From Escherichia phage YJin-2024a, in sequence record PP534475.1: a DNA stretch of 64,000 nucleotides. One strand, written 5' to 3'. Below the pieces are notes generated by a model. The model ran no database searches and was not told the origin of the DNA. It saw nothing but the letters and a program-made list of their open reading frames with translations. The translations under genes were made by a program, and so were the position numbers. Below are positions 1 to 11,032 of the stretch, one piece after another. Every line of letters begins with the position of its first letter. The first letter of the stretch is position 1.

Positions 1-306
1 TTTACCACTAGAAAGTGCATGCCATAACATATAGTCAGGAACAATTTGTTTGCTAGTAGTTTTGTCTTTATATGGCAGGATATAAGTAGAGAAACTCCAC
101 TCAGCTGCGTTTAAAGAGTCGTTAAAACGTTTAGAACCACGAGTTGGACGCGGACCAGCTTCATTAACAGTAATATCTGTTGAATTACTGTCCTGACCCC
201 AAGAAATATCATCCTGAACTAGAATCTCTTGCGTGTTGGTCTTATTATGACCAGTCTTAACCGTAGACACGAAGATTCGAGTATTACGTAATAGTTGTAA
301 AGACAT
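1..306 (-). CDS. major tail tube protein, N-terminal part (CDS runs off the window start)
   Basis: ATG at 304-306 preceded by AGGAG; lies immediately downstream of the neck genes in the late operon; product inferred from gene order. Confidence 0.5.
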   Translation of the reverse strand, partial: MSLQLLRNTRIFVSTVKTGHNKTNTQEILVQDDISWGQDSNSTDITVNEAGPRPTRGSKRFNDSLNAAEWSFSTYILPYKDKTTSKQIVPDYMLWHALSSGK

Positions 307-332
307 TTAATTATTTTCTCCTAATCTGTAAC

Positions 333-821
333 TTATCTGCGAAGTGACCTACGTGGAGGCTGATACCTCACTGTTACATTTATTTCTGCTAAACCATATG
401 GGGCCAGTAGACCCTCATCTGTACTAACTGATGTAATGATCATATCAGTTGCCTCACATGGGAAGGTCGATCCATTAGGTTTACTAACAGTATATTCTAA
501 ATTTCCACCTGTGTCAATAACGGTTTTTATATCCGCTACGAGTTTTTCCAGGGAAGTTTGAATGTCGCCATCTTTCTCTTTATCATACACCAGGATTGGA
601 AGTTCTAAAAACATCCACTGTTGGCCCGAAGGAAGATACTGCCCAGTTTCAGTTCCGATATGAACTGCCACATAAGGAAACTCTCGTATTTCCTCAAATT
701 TATAAGTTTGACGAGAAACGTTTCCGTATAGGTTATTAAAATATTCGTCAGGTTGAGAACCATCCATTTGTTTAGAGATTCGGTCAACCATAGCTTGTGC
801 AATACTTGTTCTATGATCCAT
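333..821 (-). CDS. tail completion / tail terminator-like protein
   Basis: 162 aa ORF between neck genes and the tail tube gene; assignment by synteny only. Confidence 0.45.
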   Translation of the reverse strand: MDHRTSIAQAMVDRISKQMDGSQPDEYFNNLYGNVSRQTYKFEEIREFPYVAVHIGTETGQYLPSGQQWMFLELPILVYDKEKDGDIQTSLEKLVADIKTVIDTGGNLEYTVSKPNGSTFPCEATDMIITSVSTDEGLLAPYGLAEINVTVRYQPPRRSLRR

Positions 822-824
822 TTA

Positions 825-1592
825 TTAAGTTCCTTGATTAACCTTAATTTTATATCTAGAGTGAATCAGGTCTCTTGCAGCTTTTGCTATAGCCTCACCA
901 ATAAGTTTTTGTGGGTTTCTAGCGCCAGGATAAGGTCGTAGAGATAATCTTCTGTATGTAGATACTGCCGGATTGAACACAGAATATGGACGAGTCATAT
1001 AATTATATGTTACGTTCAATTCAGGAGAGCCTTTACTAGTTTCAGAATCACGAAGCATAACATCTTTAATTTTTAAAGAGTTTGCAAAGCGACCGGTTCT
1101 AAATTTTAGTGGTGCTCCTGTCTTTTTCATATCCTTTATTAAGTACTCTTTAGCAACTATCTCTAGTATAACCTTCATATTGCTATTAGACACGAAACGT
1201 CCGGAAGCACCTGTTATTGCACCTGAATATCCATCCTCTACGTCTCTAGGATCCCCAAAGTTTACCTCTACTCTGCCTGTAGAACGTTTTTTACCTACAG
1301 CAGATTTTTTACCTGCGGTTGCCTGTATAAGATTTTCTAGAGCACCTAAATCTCCCGAAAGATCTAAACTAGAGGATACAGCTTTTAGTATAGAGGCTGT
1401 TCTAACATCAAGAAGATTTTGGGATACAGGTTTTGAAAACTTAAAAGATACTTGAGCAACAGTACCATCTCTGGTAGGATCTTTTAGCCCTGTTTCAACA
1501 GAGTACACAACAGTATTCTTATTATTTTCAGATCGTCCTGCAGTATCTAGCTGCTCTTTAATAATTTGTTTAGCTAGATCGGAAAGGGACAT
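825..1592 (-). CDS. structural (neck) protein, function unknown
   Basis: 255 aa ORF tightly packed in the head-tail joining block. Confidence 0.5.
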   Translation of the reverse strand: MSLSDLAKQIIKEQLDTAGRSENNKNTVVYSVETGLKDPTRDGTVAQVSFKFSKPVSQNLLDVRTASILKAVSSSLDLSGDLGALENLIQATAGKKSAVGKKRSTGRVEVNFGDPRDVEDGYSGAITGASGRFVSNSNMKVILEIVAKEYLIKDMKKTGAPLKFRTGRFANSLKIKDVMLRDSETSKGSPELNVTYNYMTRPYSVFNPAVSTYRRLSLRPYPGARNPQKLIGEAIAKAARDLIHSRYKIKVNQGT

Positions 1593-2104
1593 TATACCCT
1601 CCTATATACTTCAATAATAGTACGAATATGCTCTGGAATACCAGACTTAGTGCTATTGAAGGTCACTGTTTCACCACCAAGTGTTTTAGCTTGGCGATAA
1701 TCTTGTTTGTGCCAATGATCTACTAGCATACATGCTGCAAGTTTGAGATCTTCAGGTATTGGATTGAATCCACCTTGTGTATATGCTACGTCCATATAAC
1801 CCTCTGGAGGATTAAATTTGAGAAGGATAATACCGTCAGAGTATAGCTTATACTGCTCTGGGTCAATCTCATTATCGTTAATCGTCACTTTAGTTACGGA
1901 GGTAGCTGAGGGAGAACTTAAAAAGTATTTTTTACGAGTAGGTTTTGTATTGATTAACTGGTCTACCGCATCAGCGTCATCCATGCCTAGAAGGCTTGTA
2001 ATCAGTGCATTGGCAGCAGTAATCATCATTTCTACACCAGATTCTAATTCAGGTCGTTTTAAACCACCATATAATCTATAATCTTCAGCTGTGATGATTT
2101 GCAT
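1592..2104 (-). CDS. head completion / head-tail connector-like protein
   Basis: 170 aa ORF adjacent to 825..1592; synteny. Confidence 0.45.
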   Translation of the reverse strand: MQIITAEDYRLYGGLKRPELESGVEMMITAANALITSLLGMDDADAVDQLINTKPTRKKYFLSSPSATSVTKVTINDNEIDPEQYKLYSDGIILLKFNPPEGYMDVAYTQGGFNPIPEDLKLAACMLVDHWHKQDYRQAKTLGGETVTFNSTKSGIPEHIRTIIEVYRRV

Positions 2105-2156
2105 TTATTTTTCCAATAAAAAAGAGAGCCGAAGCTCTCTTTCGGCTAAAGAGCCG

Positions 2157-2729
2157 TTAACAAGAAAACATATAGTCATAAACTATTTGTTTTATTTCTG
2201 GTAGGTATTTCTCCAGACATGTTTCTGTATACCCATCAGGAAGTAAGGCGGGGGTAAGAAATCCTGAAGGGATGGCCTTTTTCACTAAACTTTCTAATAT
2301 AAATGCCTCTTTCCTGGAGTATAGTTGCACAGATAAGATTAGTTCATGAGAATAGGGGGAATGTCGGGATTGTTCTTTAATTCTAGTGTCAACAGTCCGA
2401 GAGGTGATCCCATACTTTAGAACTGAATAATAGTTATTAGACAACTTTTGAACGTAGAAAATAGTGGGGTTATCCTCTTCGAGTGCTACTTTATCGTCCC
2501 TCATATGTAAAAACCGCGTTTGACAACACTTAGGACATCTAGACCCAGTGTTCACAAAATTACGTATACTAGGTGTCCAACGATTACCATCTTTGGTACA
2601 CTCTAGTAATACTTTAGACTCCGAGTTTTTAAACTCACCAACTACCCCCCTGTACACATACCCCTCTTTTTTGCAAATATCTAGAATTTGTTTTTCTCTT
2701 ATTTCATAGGGTATTGCTTTTCCAGCCAT
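2157..2729 (-). CDS. hypothetical protein with Cys4 zinc finger; possible GIY-YIG-like endonuclease
   Basis: C-x4-C ... CPKCC cysteine cluster followed by YYSVLKYGIT...R...E resembling a GIY-YIG core; weak. Confidence 0.3.
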   Translation of the reverse strand: MAGKAIPYEIREKQILDICKKEGYVYRGVVGEFKNSESKVLLECTKDGNRWTPSIRNFVNTGSRCPKCCQTRFLHMRDDKVALEEDNPTIFYVQKLSNNYYSVLKYGITSRTVDTRIKEQSRHSPYSHELILSVQLYSRKEAFILESLVKKAIPSGFLTPALLPDGYTETCLEKYLPEIKQIVYDYMFSC

Positions 2730-2818
2730 TCGGTAATCTCCATATAAGTATATAGTACAGATATAGTACTATATCTGTACTATATATCCCCTCTAATGAG
2801 GGGATATAGGAACTACTA

Positions 2819-4195
2819 TTAAGATGCAGCGTAAGCACCAGATACAACGCCATTACTAAAGTAACGTTGCAGGTTAACACGCTGAGTAACGTAGTACGCG
2901 TCACGCTGTTTACCAGCTTGGCGCTCACGTTCAACAGTAACAGCACGCTGACGCGGCATTACGAAGTTATCTTTATAAACAATAACTGCGAACTCTGCAG
3001 AGTTAGCTTTAGCCGGGAAGAACTCAGAAACTACAACCGGCAGACCGTAAATACGACCAACCTGACCTTGCAGTTTAACAGCATCATTACCAACCTGGGC
3101 AACATCCTGCCATTCTTCATCTTCCAGCAGATCGTAATAAGCATCCATAGATACGATCAGTACCAGTTTGCTCAGTTTCAGACCATGACGACCCAGTTTA
3201 CGACGCAGTTTAGAGATAGTTTTAGCAGTTACTAGAACAGAACCATCAGCTTTAGCTTCAGTAATAACTTTAGCACTATCGCCTTCAGCCAGTTTCAGCA
3301 GACCCTTAGGCTTACCAGTACCGTCACCAGTCATGAAAGCTTCTTCGATAGAAACAGCGTGTGCTTCAATCAGACGCTTACGAAGCAGCGGCAGTAAGGA
3401 GAAGATTGCATCTTCTTCAGTTTCATCAGTAATGAAGGACTTAGCAGCCAGTTTGTAAGTACTGAAGTGAATTTCTTTAAGAGCACCTTTAACTTCACTA
3501 CCAGTGGTTTCATCAGTACCATAGGTAGAAGCAGCAACCCAAGTAGCTTTACCAGCATCTGGTTCAACCAGCATAGTAAGAATTTTGCTGGACATTGGCA
3601 GTTCTTCAAACAGAGCACCAACTACTAGTTCTTTTTGCAGGTCACGAATAATACGCTGGGAGAAAATAGTTTCATAATTTTCACTAGAAACTTCTACTGA
3701 AGAGGACTGGTTTACAGCTTTCAGGTGTCTCTGGCCATGTTCGGTATCAAATACACCTTTTTCCATCACGTAGGACAGAAGAACCAGTTTCTCCACTTCG
3801 TCTTCAAAGTTTTCTTGAGTACCATACAGTGCTTTAGCTACGCTATCACCGACGAAGGAACGACCTTCACGAGCTGCTAGCAGAGATTTAATTTCATCCT
3901 GAAGACCAACAATAGTTTCCTGCTGTTTTTCTACAGTCTGTGCAAACAGTTCCGCGCTCTTTTTAGATTTTTCATCCAGGGATTTAACCAGTTCCAGAGC
4001 TTCTTCTAGCTTCTGACGATCTTCGCCAACTGCTTTAGAAACCAGATCATTCATACGAGCCAGTTCTTTTTCTTCCTGCTCTTTACGCATACGTTCAGCT
4101 TCCGCAGCTTTCTGAGCAGCAGTCAGACCTTCCAGAGATTTAGCCAGATCACCCAGACCAAGTTCTTCCTTCAGCTTATTAATATCAATAGTCAT
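2819..4195 (-). CDS. major capsid protein with N-terminal scaffolding (delta) domain
   Basis: 458 aa; N-terminal ~150 aa charged coiled-coil region; directly downstream of prohead protease and portal. Confidence 0.85.
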   Translation of the reverse strand: MTIDINKLKEELGLGDLAKSLEGLTAAQKAAEAERMRKEQEEKELARMNDLVSKAVGEDRQKLEEALELVKSLDEKSKKSAELFAQTVEKQQETIVGLQDEIKSLLAAREGRSFVGDSVAKALYGTQENFEDEVEKLVLLSYVMEKGVFDTEHGQRHLKAVNQSSSVEVSSENYETIFSQRIIRDLQKELVVGALFEELPMSSKILTMLVEPDAGKATWVAASTYGTDETTGSEVKGALKEIHFSTYKLAAKSFITDETEEDAIFSLLPLLRKRLIEAHAVSIEEAFMTGDGTGKPKGLLKLAEGDSAKVITEAKADGSVLVTAKTISKLRRKLGRHGLKLSKLVLIVSMDAYYDLLEDEEWQDVAQVGNDAVKLQGQVGRIYGLPVVVSEFFPAKANSAEFAVIVYKDNFVMPRQRAVTVERERQAGKQRDAYYVTQRVNLQRYFSNGVVSGAYAAS

Positions 4196-4212
4196 TTTTA
4201 AATAATTCTCCG

Positions 4213-4845
4213 TTATTCTTTAACGTAGCCTAAAGCTATCGCAAGTTTTTCTAGTTCAGAAAGATTACGTTCTTGAGCTGGGACAGCTTTAGAACTTATT
4301 GCAGTAAAAGATTTACGCCATTCAGTATAATCATGACCATTCATGCTCTTAGCGAGATTGAACGTTGAGTCCTGATTACAAGGTACAGAAACTACCGAAA
4401 CTTCGTATAGTTCTAAATCTTTAATAATAAATATATCAGTAGCTTCATCCCACTCTGCATCTAGGCAGCGGAATCCGATACTAAAAGTTTTCAGTACACC
4501 GTTTTTAATTAGTGAAAAGATAGCCGGATCGGAACTTTCATAGATCTCACATTCGATTTCGAGACCCATTTCAGTAGGGTTAAGATCAATACACTTACCG
4601 ATTGGACGACGATGATCGTGTCCGAAAAGAATAATCGGGTTTTTCATGTAGTTAGTAAGTGCATTAGACGTTTTCCATGCAGAAGCAGGAATTACATCAC
4701 CAGCGCGATCTTTACTAATTGTATTAGCGAATCCACGGATTTTTACAACACCCTCTTTGGATTCGCTATCAATAGATTTAATATAAGCATCTAAATGAAC
4801 CGGTGCTGATTTTAACTTGTTATAGTCAATAGCAGCTTGTGTCAT
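4213..4845 (-). CDS. prohead maturation protease
   Basis: 210 aa between portal and capsid; FGHDHRRPIGK-type motif. Confidence 0.8.
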   Translation of the reverse strand: MTQAAIDYNKLKSAPVHLDAYIKSIDSESKEGVVKIRGFANTISKDRAGDVIPASAWKTSNALTNYMKNPIILFGHDHRRPIGKCIDLNPTEMGLEIECEIYESSDPAIFSLIKNGVLKTFSIGFRCLDAEWDEATDIFIIKDLELYEVSVVSVPCNQDSTFNLAKSMNGHDYTEWRKSFTAISSKAVPAQERNLSELEKLAIALGYVKE

Positions 4846-4848
4846 TTA

Positions 4849-5172
4849 TTAGCCTCCAACACCGGGGTTAACCGTTGCTGTGCCTGCGGTAGAATCCTTA
4901 CTATCCGTCACCGTTGCTCCCTCTTTAACAGGCATGCTAGCAGTTAAATCCTTAGAAGGAGTTAGTGGTGGAGTAGTTGGAACTGCTGTACCATAAGCCT
5001 CTACAAATTTCTTCCATACTTTACGGTTAGTATACTCAGATGAAAGTCCTAGTTCTCTACGCAGAAAAGCACAGCTAGGAACATACTTATGTGCAGCAAC
5101 CGTAGCAAAGAAGATATGAGATTCTGGCAGTTTTTCACCAAAAATGGTCTTTAGACCATTATAATCAATCAT
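4849..5172 (-). CDS. hypothetical protein
   Basis: 107 aa ORF between portal and protease. Confidence 0.45.
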   Translation of the reverse strand: MIDYNGLKTIFGEKLPESHIFFATVAAHKYVPSCAFLRRELGLSSEYTNRKVWKKFVEAYGTAVPTTPPLTPSKDLTASMPVKEGATVTDSKDSTAGTATVNPGVGG

Positions 5173-6386
5173 TCTTTATCTCCCTCGGTGGAACCTTGAG
5201 GTCTACCACCTTCTTGACCAGATACGCCTGTTGCAGAACCAGCAACGTTAGCAGGAATACGAATCTTATTCATCTGCTCATCATCTAAAGGTTCAAGGTT
5301 CAGCTCTAAACGAGCTTCGTTACCAGTCATAATACCATTATTAACCAATGAGGTTAAATGTTTAGCCTCAGCTTCTTTATCTGGTGTTAATGCAGCTACT
5401 TCCTTAGTATTAGGAGTAATCTTATAACCAAAAAAGAAAGTAAGAGAACTAGTCAGCTTGTTCAGCATAGGGATGATAGTCATGTAATAGAACAGTTCGA
5501 TATTTGGTCGAATGTTCGCATTATTACCACCATCAAGTAGCACCTGCGGAACACCAAAGGCTAGACAGATGGATTTATTAAATCCTTCGATGTCTTCCTT
5601 AAAGTCTAGATCTTTAAAAGAGGATATTTGGGAGTACGGTTTAGCTTTCATACCACCATCTAGAATCAGGACAGAGGACTGACCAGTACTAGGATTATAA
5701 TCTAGTTGTAATTCTTCTTGTTTACGCTCACGCAATTTCTTGTTCAGGATTTCATCCGTCTCAAGAATAAGACCAATCACGGTTCCGTTATCGAGGAATT
5801 TCTCTTTAAAGTTAAGCATCTTAGAACGCTTCTCAAGAGAATCGATAACAGTAGCAACACGAGATTGTCCAGAAATTTGAGAATTTGTGCCACACACGTA
5901 ACTGTTATCCTTTATAAAGATAATCTCATCTACGCGATAGTCTATCTGGTTATTAAATATAAATTTTTTGATAAACTTATTGGCATCTGCCTCTACTTGC
6001 ATTAGTGCAGCAGGGACATGGTAAAGTGCTGTGCCATCCCAATAGATGTATGCACAACCTTCAAAAAGTAGGTCAGTGACTACAAGTCTACGGAATGTGC
6101 TTATATCCATGAATGGATTAGGTCGTACATTTAAGAGAGTGTCTAGAGTCTTTGTCTTGATGCCGTTAGCATACGTGACAATATTATATTTATCTCCGAC
6201 AGTATAAGAACACTCCGCCGCACTATCTATAACCATATTAGCAGTTCTATTGAGAATCTCAATTTTACTGTAGGCTTGTCCAGTGGTAAAAGGCTTACGG
6301 TTAGTGCGATGACTAACTGGTTCCATGTCTCTTATAATACGTTGACCCGGATTTAGCTTTTCAGTAATCCAGCTTTTAAAACCCAT
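5169..6386 (-). CDS. portal protein
   Basis: 405 aa; position between terminase and protease. Confidence 0.8.
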   Translation of the reverse strand: MGFKSWITEKLNPGQRIIRDMEPVSHRTNRKPFTTGQAYSKIEILNRTANMVIDSAAECSYTVGDKYNIVTYANGIKTKTLDTLLNVRPNPFMDISTFRRLVVTDLLFEGCAYIYWDGTALYHVPAALMQVEADANKFIKKFIFNNQIDYRVDEIIFIKDNSYVCGTNSQISGQSRVATVIDSLEKRSKMLNFKEKFLDNGTVIGLILETDEILNKKLRERKQEELQLDYNPSTGQSSVLILDGGMKAKPYSQISSFKDLDFKEDIEGFNKSICLAFGVPQVLLDGGNNANIRPNIELFYYMTIIPMLNKLTSSLTFFFGYKITPNTKEVAALTPDKEAEAKHLTSLVNNGIMTGNEARLELNLEPLDDEQMNKIRIPANVAGSATGVSGQEGGRPQGSTEGDKE

Positions 6387-6823
6387 TATAAGAACCTTGC
6401 GAATCCTGATTTTGTTTCAGTCTTGACTTGTGTCTTTTCTTGAGGATTCTGTAATTTGTCTTTCTGCTTTTGAACCCACACTTTTTGCTTATTAGCAGAA
6501 AATAAAGGAGGTTCTTTTGTGTAAACCTTATGTAATAATTGGTGGTGATGCTGGCAGAGTGTTACTACTTCTTCAATTAGCTCTCGCTCATATTGCTTAT
6601 AGAATGCTTCCCTATTTGATAGGGTAACTTCCTCATCAGTGAAATCTAAATGATTTTCTTTAGCGAACTTTTTTACTAATTGAGAAACAGTAAAATAATG
6701 ATGCAACTCTAGGTCATCATTACTAGCACAAATGGCACAGCAATCACCTCTTCTATACCTAGATTTTATACCGTCACGCATGATTGAAATAGCGTCACGT
6801 TTAAACTTTACATTAGTTGCCAT
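6386..6823 (-). CDS. HNH homing endonuclease
   Basis: CCAICASNDDLELHHY HNH-type motif; internal ATG with AGGAG RBS chosen as start; inserted between terminase and portal. Confidence 0.6.
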   Translation of the reverse strand: MATNVKFKRDAISIMRDGIKSRYRRGDCCAICASNDDLELHHYFTVSQLVKKFAKENHLDFTDEEVTLSNREAFYKQYERELIEEVVTLCQHHHQLLHKVYTKEPPLFSANKQKVWVQKQKDKLQNPQEKTQVKTETKSGFARFL

Positions 6824-7083
6824 TAATGCTCCTAACTTTTTTATTATAATACTGTATGCGGTTATTATTAACTCTACTATACAGATTTTTATGCTGCCTC
6901 GGCGGGTATTTTTACCTCTAATATAGGCAACATAGCAAAATAATTTTTCTTGTTTACGTTCTATTATGGGAGAAGTTCTCCCGATCAATGAATATAGTAT
7001 ACATAATCGTATCGAATTTGTAAAGGGGATTTTAAAATGTAGGAATGGGATACCAACTGAGTAGTATCCCATCCTATACTTAT

Positions 7084-8400
7084 TTATTTACCACGGGAAA
7101 TAGAGTAAATTCCGTAGCGCAGAGCATCACAAAGGTGAGAGTTAGCATCATGACGTGGTTTTTCACGTGATAATTTTTCTTCACCTTCTTGGAAATCCCA
7201 CTTATAGTTCTGCAATGCATGGATTAATGAGGAACATGAAGCATCTACAATAATCTTACCTTGCTGGAATAGTGCTTGTAAACATGCTAGACCGTCTAGG
7301 ACAGACTTTTTAGCTGGGGCTGATGCAATTTCATGCTCATAAGCTAAGTCCTGACGGAACTGAGCTGCGGCAGAGTCAACAAAAACACGATCAACTTTAT
7401 AACGATCTATACAGTGCTGAATGTAAGCAGCATGCTGAGCTGTAGTTTTCTCCGCTTGCTGGTACTCCTCTAATACATAGTAAGTATCCGTATCGTAATG
7501 ATATTTAATAGTAAGAACTGCTGTAGGATCACGATAACCCACGTCAATGCCAAGCAATGTTTCAAAGGCTTCATCATCTTTAAAGAAGTGACGCATACCT
7601 TTAAGGTCTTTAACATGATCAATAGCATTAAAGGTATCGAAGATCTGACCTTCGAATACAGAGAAGTCAGCCTCGTATTCTTGGCGGAAGTAGTTTTTAC
7701 TAACAGTACGACGTGCTTCTTCGATATCATTCAGATCAGCACGTGGATTATCACGATATGTACCATGAATAGACACCCAGTTAGGCAACGTATCGTCAAA
7801 CCCATAGGCATAAAACTCTTTAAACCAGTTACCACCACGAGGAGTAGAGATAAATAGAGCCTTAGAGTTTGGTTTATCTAGGGTAGGGCGCAACTGAACT
7901 CTAAAGGCATCACCACCTACATCGGAAATTGCCGCCTCGTCAAAGATGATAAAGTCATATGAACGTCCAACTGCGGAGTCAGCCTGCGCCGCGGAAGCTA
8001 GTTTAAACAGTGAGCCGTTTGCCAGCTCAATCTCTTTATCTTTAGCGTTCTCACGTTCGGTTTGTAGGCCATACTTCTTAATGAGACCACGAATCTGAGA
8101 CCATCCGATGTTGGCCAGTGAATAGTTAGGAGCAACTACTAACACCTTCACGTTAGGTTCCAATAACTTTAGGAACCCAAGTGTGTATGCGATGAAGGAT
8201 TTACCTACACGGCGTGATACACACGCCGTTACAAAACGATGTCTAGGGTCCTCTAGAGCATTAATAATTGCTATTTGAGGACCATTAGGTGTTATACCTT
8301 CTTGTGCTAGTATTCCCGAAACAGGTAGACGAAAGAAACGTTTATCTATTCCGAAATCAATAACATCTACCGTATTAACGTAGGGTCTTGATACTTCCAT
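7084..8400 (-). CDS. terminase large subunit
   Basis: 438 aa; VGKSF Walker A-like N-terminal ATPase region and acidic nuclease region; upstream of portal. Confidence 0.85.
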   Translation of the reverse strand: MEVSRPYVNTVDVIDFGIDKRFFRLPVSGILAQEGITPNGPQIAIINALEDPRHRFVTACVSRRVGKSFIAYTLGFLKLLEPNVKVLVVAPNYSLANIGWSQIRGLIKKYGLQTERENAKDKEIELANGSLFKLASAAQADSAVGRSYDFIIFDEAAISDVGGDAFRVQLRPTLDKPNSKALFISTPRGGNWFKEFYAYGFDDTLPNWVSIHGTYRDNPRADLNDIEEARRTVSKNYFRQEYEADFSVFEGQIFDTFNAIDHVKDLKGMRHFFKDDEAFETLLGIDVGYRDPTAVLTIKYHYDTDTYYVLEEYQQAEKTTAQHAAYIQHCIDRYKVDRVFVDSAAAQFRQDLAYEHEIASAPAKKSVLDGLACLQALFQQGKIIVDASCSSLIHALQNYKWDFQEGEEKLSREKPRHDANSHLCDALRYGIYSISRGK

Positions 8401-8882
8401 TACTTCTTACCTCCAGTAGCTAGGGAAGTAATTAAGTCCATGTAGTTTTGATCCCCAGCTCCAGCAATAATATTGTTCTGGATATTGGTCTGGTTAGCTG
8501 GAGTACGGGCTGCTGCTTTCACTTTCTCCAACTCTACCATCATTTTCATTTCTTCCATTTTCATTTTATGTGCTTTCCAGAGAATATCCATAATATCCTG
8601 GTCAGAACCCATGCCAGTCTCTTCTAGTTCTTCCAGCTTACGTTTAATAACTTCATCTAGAACACCAAATAAACGATCCCTATTACGGAAACCACTTTCC
8701 ATAAAAATATCATTTAAGTAGTTCTTAACTTCACTACGATTCATAATATCTCGAAAAGCAATTTCGGACATTCCAAGGCTACGTGCGGCAGAAGGCACAT
8801 CGCTACCGCACTGTAAATAAGCTTCAATCACATCCATCCCTTCAGGGGACATAAGATCTGGTACTAATACATCATTTGCCAT
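8400..8882 (-). CDS. putative terminase small subunit / HTH DNA-binding protein
   Basis: 160 aa; helix-turn-helix-like [16 protein letters not shown]; TAATG overlap with the terminase large subunit start. Confidence 0.45.
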
Positions 8883-8892
8883 ATTTCCTCCT

Positions 8893-10680
8893 TTAGGTAA
8901 GGCGTTGAACTGTTACTCTTAATCTTGGTAGGAAAATAGCTGCAGCCTCATCTGCATGAATAATTACGCCCAATTCAGCATTACCATTTCCTAGATTTTT
9001 AATAGTATAAATATATCCGTTTCTTCTAAATGTTAACTCATCAGGTCTACTTGCCCAAGTTTGAGTATAACTATATGCAGTAGTGGAGTGATAAGGGACT
9101 AAGTATCCAGGAGGTAAGGTTAATATTTGATGGAATATTCCATCACCTTCCGTGTAACTATGCTGTCTTCTTCCTTGTACTTGCCAAGCAGCACCACCGT
9201 ATGTGCGTATGGCTCCTCCAGCCGTATTAATATTACCCATAATAACTTCCGTAGTTAATATTACCGTTGCGTTAGCGTTAGGCAATCCTAATCCTATGGT
9301 GGCCAAAGCTCTATAGTAGTTGCCTGCTCCAGGATACGCGGGGGTTATATCATCACCAACGTAGGTGCTAGCAACATTATTAGGAAATAGTCTTAAAGGT
9401 ACAGTACTAGGACTCCACACAGCTCCATGCTCATTACCGATAGTGTTATTACTTGAGTTTACGTACCATTGCTTACCTGCTCCGAATTTGTAAATACTGA
9501 TTTGAGACTTGGCTCCTCCATAATCTACAGGAGACCATAAAGATCCATTACTAGATCCTACAATTTCACATCTTGCAGTGGTATCCCCGAAGGCTCCAGT
9601 GTACGCTGCGTTATTTCCAATGTACTCCATATCTGGCCTATAGCCTAAGTTACCAAAAGCATTTTGGTTGATAAACTTATATCCAGTATTTGGTAAACTA
9701 ACCCCTTTTATAGTAAAATTAGATGGAGTTATAAGTATATCTGACCCAGTAAATGGATTACCAGATACACCCATATTACCATTAGAGTACCTTAGATTAA
9801 GTACATACCAAATAACCTTAGTAGGAGTTATGTTATACCAATCCTGCACATACACTTTCTTAGCGGCCTGTGCTGCTAGATTAGATGTTGAACCTTTACA
9901 TATATAAACCTTATCAGGATACGTAGGAGATTGGTATAATAAGTTAACATTAGCTGGTACTGTGCCCTTTTTACCTACGTAACCTCGTATATTAGAGTTA
10001 CAAACATAGAACCAATTATGCCCCCTATGGGCGGCCCCTATAGGAGCTTGCCAATTAGGATGCCAGTAGTCAGCATTACCACCGTCTATAGGTACTGTAG
10101 ATGCTCCTGCTGGAAATCCTGCTAAAGTCCATGCCCTACCTATAGCCTCACCAGCATATGCTCCTCCCGGCCTATATAAATTAAACCCGGAGGCTTGAGA
10201 TATGGTACCACCTGTACCCTGCCTAGCAATTGATTCTTCATGGCCTAAACCAGAGTTATAAATATAGGTGCCATGTGCTAAACTATTACCTGATGCAAAA
10301 GCTGACGTAAGACCTACTTCTGCACCTGCCCTACCAATAGGCGGATCTTCAAAAAATGCAGTAAATTGACCAACTTGAGACTGAGTACCATTAAGAAAAG
10401 CCCTATGAGTACCATTAATCTCAATAGCAGTTAGTATAACTCTACCTGGGTCATTGGATTTAATATTTATTATGTCAGAGGGCATCTGACATACAAAAAA
10501 CCCATTTCCAGCATTTCCTAATCCAGCCTCATAAGTGCCATCAACTAGGACAAATGGCATATCACTATGAAAAATACTATTGGCATTTGGACTATAATGA
10601 CGATTAATGTCACCACCAGATTCAGTATTTAAAGATAGTACGGTCTTACCATCGCTATATTTTCCAGCGAAAAAACCCAT
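8893..10680 (-). CDS. receptor-binding tail protein (pb5/Oad-like) or tail fibre
   Basis: 595 aa, Gly/Asn/Tyr-rich; last late gene before the repeat region; divergent lipoprotein gene next to it, as recalled for T5 oad-llp. Confidence 0.5.
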
Positions 10681-10705
10681 ATAATCTCCTATTATAAAAA
10701 TGTAT

Positions 10706-10734
10706 TTGCTTTCATCCCTCTATTTTGCTATAAT
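10706..10734 (+). promoter_or_regulatory. sigma70 promoter, near-identical to T5 PN25 (TTGCTT-17-TATAAT)
   Basis: aaaaatgtatTTGCTTtcatccctctattttgcTATAATagattcataaatt matches the PN25 core as I recall it. Confidence 0.75.
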
Positions 10735-10765
10735 AGATTCATAAATTAGAAATGGAGAGATAAAT

Positions 10766-11032
10766 ATGAAAAAGTTTGTGATTGCACTAGTTGCCGCAGT
10801 TATGTTATCTGGTTGTGCACCCGCTCCCAAACCATTTTGTACTGGATTTGTAAAATCTTTTGGTGGTGCGGGAGAAGAACATTACGGTCTCAAGATTCAA
10901 AAAGTTCGTATTAAGGGAGATCGCTTCCCAGTAGTACAGCTCCGTACTAAGTTTGGGTGGTGGGATCTCAGTCAGTTTGACCTTAAATATGGTGATTGTA
11001 AATTTAAACTAGAGCAATCTAACTACCTGTAA
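10766..11032 (+). CDS. lipoprotein, candidate Llp-like receptor-blocking (lytic conversion) protein
   Basis: Signal peptide with lipobox MLSGC; 88 aa; divergent from the receptor-binding protein gene. Confidence 0.55.
   Translation: MKKFVIALVAAVMLSGCAPAPKPFCTGFVKSFGGAGEEHYGLKIQKVRIKGDRFPVVQLRTKFGWWDLSQFDLKYGDCKFKLEQSNYL

Noticed and set aside
605-9907. Plus-strand ORFs overlapping the structural genes (for example 605..802, 753..941, 1180..1455, 1818..2081, 2867..3235, 4612..4794, 5718..6005, 6732..6926, 7498..7857, 8473..8721, 9668..9907)
   Set aside because: They lie antisense inside long, well-supported minus-strand genes, have no RBS and low-complexity translations; treated as frame noise.
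8893-10680. L-shaped tail fibre call for the 595 aa tail protein
   Set aside because: Not excluded, but the position at the very end of the late region next to a divergent lipoprotein gene fits the receptor-binding protein (oad/llp arrangement) better; kept as an alternative in the feature call.
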